A stretch of 64,000 bases of DNA from Leucoraja erinacea (lineage: Eukaryota). The stretch lies in the NCBI RefSeq assembly GCF_028641065.1, contig NC_073391.1, positions 45,818,001 through 45,882,000 on the forward strand. Reading direction: 5' to 3'. Position 1 is the stretch's first letter. Every line of letters starts with the position of its first letter. This document shows, piece after piece, positions 60,983 to 64,000 of the stretch. The position numbers and the translations under genes were made by a program. A model generated the notes under the pieces. The model saw only the letters and a program-made list of their open reading frames with translations, was not told where the DNA came from and did not search any database.

Positions 60983-62728
60983 ATGGAGAAATTATTCACC
61001 AGCTCCGAGTGTGGGCAGGGATTCACGCCCAGCTCTGACAGCGGCCAGGGATTCACGCAATCCTCCCACATGGTCCGCCAAGTGCAGCAACAGGCTTTGG
61101 GGAAGCCATTTACCTGTCCCGACTGTGGGAAGGGATTCACTCAAGCCTACAACCTGAAGACGCACCGGCGAACTCACACCGGGGAGAGGCCGTTCACCTG
61201 CGCCGAGTGCGGGAAGGGATTCACCAACTCCTCCGGCCTGGTGGCCCACCAGCGGATCCACACCGGGGAGAAGCCGTTCATGTGTCCCACCTGCGGGAAG
61301 GGCTTCATCCGCTTGCACTCCCTGGAGATCCACCAACAGGTGCACCCTGGGGAGAAGCCGTTCACCTGCTCGGACTGCGGGAAGGGATTTGTCCAGTTGT
61401 CTGGGCTGCAGACACACCAGCGGATCCACACCGGAGAGAGGGCATTCACCTGCTCTGAGTGTGGCAAGGGGTTCACCCACTCCTCCAGGCTGCTGATCCA
61501 CCAGCGGATTCACACCGGGGAGAGACCCTTCACTTGTTCTGAGTGCGGGAAGGGATTCATTCAATTGTCGACTCTCCGGTCCCACTTCCAAATTCACACC
61601 GGGGAGAGGCCGTTCACCTGCTCCGTGTGCGGCAAGGGCTTCATCCAATCGTCAAACCTCAGGTCACACTATCAAATACACACCGGGGAGAGGCCATTCA
61701 TCTGCTCTGAGTGTGGCAAGGGATTTTCACGATTGTGCTCGCTGCAGTTGCACCAGCGACTTCACACTGGGGAGAAGCCATTTACCTGCCCCGAGTGCGG
61801 GAAGGGGTTTATTCAATTGTCGAGTCTCACCTCGCACTACCGGACACACACCGGGGAGAGGCCTTTCATCTGCTCCGTGTGCGGGAAGGGCTTTTTTCAA
61901 TTGTCGAACCTCCGATCGCACTATCAAATCCACTTTGGGGAGAAATCTTTCCCCTGTTCCGTGTGTGGGAAGAGATTTCACCACTTGTCCGGCCTACAGA
62001 AACACCAGCGGATTCACACCGGGGAGAGGCCGTTCACCTGCTCCGAGTGCGGCAAGGGATTCACTCAATTATCTATACTGCAGAAGCACCGGCGGCTTCA
62101 CACTGGGGAGAAGCCATTCACCTGCTCTCAGTGTGGGAAGGGATTCGTTGACTCACCTGCTTTGCAGATACACCAGAGAGTTCATACGGGGGAGCGACCA
62201 TTCACCTGTTCTGAGTGTGGGAAGGGATTCACTCAATCGTCGACTTTACTGGGGCATCTGAAGATTCACACGGGAGAGAAGCCATTCACCTGCTCCGAAT
62301 GCGGGAAGGGATTCACTCAAGCCGGCAACCTGAAGAGGCACGAGCGGATTCACACCGGGGAGAAGCCGTTCACCTGCTCTGAGTGCGGGAAGGGATTCAC
62401 TCATTCATCGGCGGTATTGAGACACCAGAGAACTCACACTGGGGAGAGGCCATTCGTCTGCTCTGATTGTGGCAAGGGATTCACTCAATTGTCCAGCATG
62501 TTAATACATCAGCGCATTCACACTGGAGAGAGGCCGTTCACCTGCTCTGAGTGCGGGAAGGGCTTCATTCATTCATCGGCGTTACTGAGACACCAGAGAA
62601 TTCACACTGGGGAGAGGCCGTTCACCTGCTCTGATTGTGGGAAAGAATTCAGACAATCTCACACCCTGAAGATCCACCAGCGAGTTCACGCTGTGGAGAA
62701 ATCATTTGCCTCTCCCAACTGTGGGTAG
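60983..62728 (+). CDS. C2H2 zinc-finger-only protein (ZNF-11), 19 fingers
   Basis: 581-aa ORF. Acceptor at 60865-60866, nearest donor at 56339, AATAAA at 63008-63013. Confidence 0.9.
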   Translation: MEKLFTSSECGQGFTPSSDSGQGFTQSSHMVRQVQQQALGKPFTCPDCGKGFTQAYNLKTHRRTHTGERPFTCAECGKGFTNSSGLVAHQRIHTGEKPFMCPTCGKGFIRLHSLEIHQQVHPGEKPFTCSDCGKGFVQLSGLQTHQRIHTGERAFTCSECGKGFTHSSRLLIHQRIHTGERPFTCSECGKGFIQLSTLRSHFQIHTGERPFTCSVCGKGFIQSSNLRSHYQIHTGERPFICSECGKGFSRLCSLQLHQRLHTGEKPFTCPECGKGFIQLSSLTSHYRTHTGERPFICSVCGKGFFQLSNLRSHYQIHFGEKSFPCSVCGKRFHHLSGLQKHQRIHTGERPFTCSECGKGFTQLSILQKHRRLHTGEKPFTCSQCGKGFVDSPALQIHQRVHTGERPFTCSECGKGFTQSSTLLGHLKIHTGEKPFTCSECGKGFTQAGNLKRHERIHTGEKPFTCSECGKGFTHSSAVLRHQRTHTGERPFVCSDCGKGFTQLSSMLIHQRIHTGERPFTCSECGKGFIHSSALLRHQRIHTGERPFTCSDCGKEFRQSHTLKIHQRVHAVEKSFASPNCG

Positions 62729-63344
62729 GGCTGCACTGATAACGTTCAAATTGGTGACCCACCATAGAATTCACACTGGGGAGAGTGGCATTCACCTGTC
62801 TACTGTGTGGCAAGGGATTCACTTGATTATCTGAGCAGTTCACACACCAGCTCGTTCACGATTGGGGAGGGGGTGAGGGGGGTAGTGGAGTTTAATGAAG
62901 TGTTTGATTTGGTGTTTAGCCATTGCCCAGGGGCGCAGTTGGGATTTGTTCTGCAATTGTTTGTAATGCCTATAACTGCTAGAATTTAATGTCTTGGATC
63001 TGTGACAAATAAATTGTTAACCCTGTATCTCTCTGCATGGCGATGTATATAGAGAGGTCATTCGGTCTTTCCCCTCTGATGATTCTTATGGATTATTCTT
63101 GTGTTTCTTCTTCCTTTGTTTAGTCCGGGAAGGGTGGGTGAAAACTGTCTTTGGTTAATGAGTCTGATAGTTCAAATGTAGCTGTATCTCTAAACTAAGC
63201 TCTCCCTCCACACCCAGTCATCTGCCCTGAGCATCAAGTGGGGTGAACCATCATCGAGCTCGCCATCATCAGATGTAACTGTCCCAGTCAGCGCATGCGC
63301 ATGATTGCTCAGTGACGGCTTGACTGCTTTCAGGTTCTGGGTAA

Positions 63345-63903
63345 ACATAGAAACATAGAAATTAGGTGCAGGAGTAGGCCATTCGGCCCTTCGAGCATGC
63401 ACCGCCATTCAATATGATCATGGCTGATCATCTAACTCAGTATCCTGTACCTGCCTTCTCTCCATACCCCCTGATCCCCTTAGCCACAAGGGCCACATCT
63501 AACTCCCTCTTAAATATAGCCAATGAACTGTGCCTCGACTACCCTCTGTGGCAGAGAGTTCCAGAGATTCACCACTCTCTGTGTGAAAAAAGTTCTCATC
63601 TCGGTTTAAAGGATTTCCCCCTTATCCTTAAGCTGTGACCCCTTGTCCTGGACTTCCCTAACATCGGGAACAATCTTCCTGCATCTAGCCTGTCCAACCC
63701 CTTAAGAATTTTGTAAGTTTCTATAAGATCCCCTCTCAATCTCCTAAATTCTAGAGAGTATAAACCAAGTCTATCCAGTCTTTCTTCATAAGACAGTCCT
63801 GACATCCCAGGAATCAGTCTGGTGAACCGTCTCTGCACTCCCTCTATGGCAATAATGTCCTTCCTCAGATTTGGAGACCAAAACTGTACGCAATACTCCA
63901 GGT
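63345..63903 (-). mobile_element. Young CR1/HER1 3' fragment
   Basis: ORF 63596..63949 and (CATAGAAA)2 tail. Confidence 0.88.
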
Positions 63904-64000
63904 AAAGATGGGAGTCCATGAGTATCACACCGACCCTTCCCTGCCACAAACGCTGAGCATGTTTGGAACCGCAAACACGAATTGCCTTGCTGACCCACCA

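Noticed and set aside
60992-62261. Antisense and alternative-frame ORFs over ZNF exons (also 21290-22078 and others)
   Set aside because: These are shadows of the 84-nt finger periodicity and recur over every ZNF exon.

Overview
This is eukaryotic DNA, most likely from a cartilaginous fish (skate/ray/shark). That is inferred from HE1-type V-SINEs and HER1/CR1 LINE 3' tails. The window is a tandem cluster of 11 intact C2H2 zinc-finger genes with 8-23 fingers each, plus at least two dead remnants. None has a KRAB, SCAN or BTB domain. Each gene is built from the same repeated cassette: (i) a ~350-bp CpG-rich promoter and non-coding exon 1 with YY1-, ZNF143-, ETS- and NRF1-like motifs, enclosed by a ~42-bp inverted repeat; (ii) a TE-filled intron ending in TTTT(T/A/C)ACAG; (iii) one coding exon that begins and ends in broken fingers; (iv) a conserved TCTGTGACAAATAAAT poly(A) element. 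The finger arrays are mosaics produced by block duplication and recombination between paralogs. Less obvious features: a 1.3-kb non-autonomous DNA transposon (CAAAG termini, 8-bp TSD, P-element-like) and five tiny relics that look like excision footprints, four of them in the ZNF promoters; about 15 short Penelope-derived repeats carrying minimal hammerhead-ribozyme cores; and a promoter-less duplicated ZNF exon that may act as an alternative last exon. TE boundaries are read by eye and are approximate unless TSDs are given.
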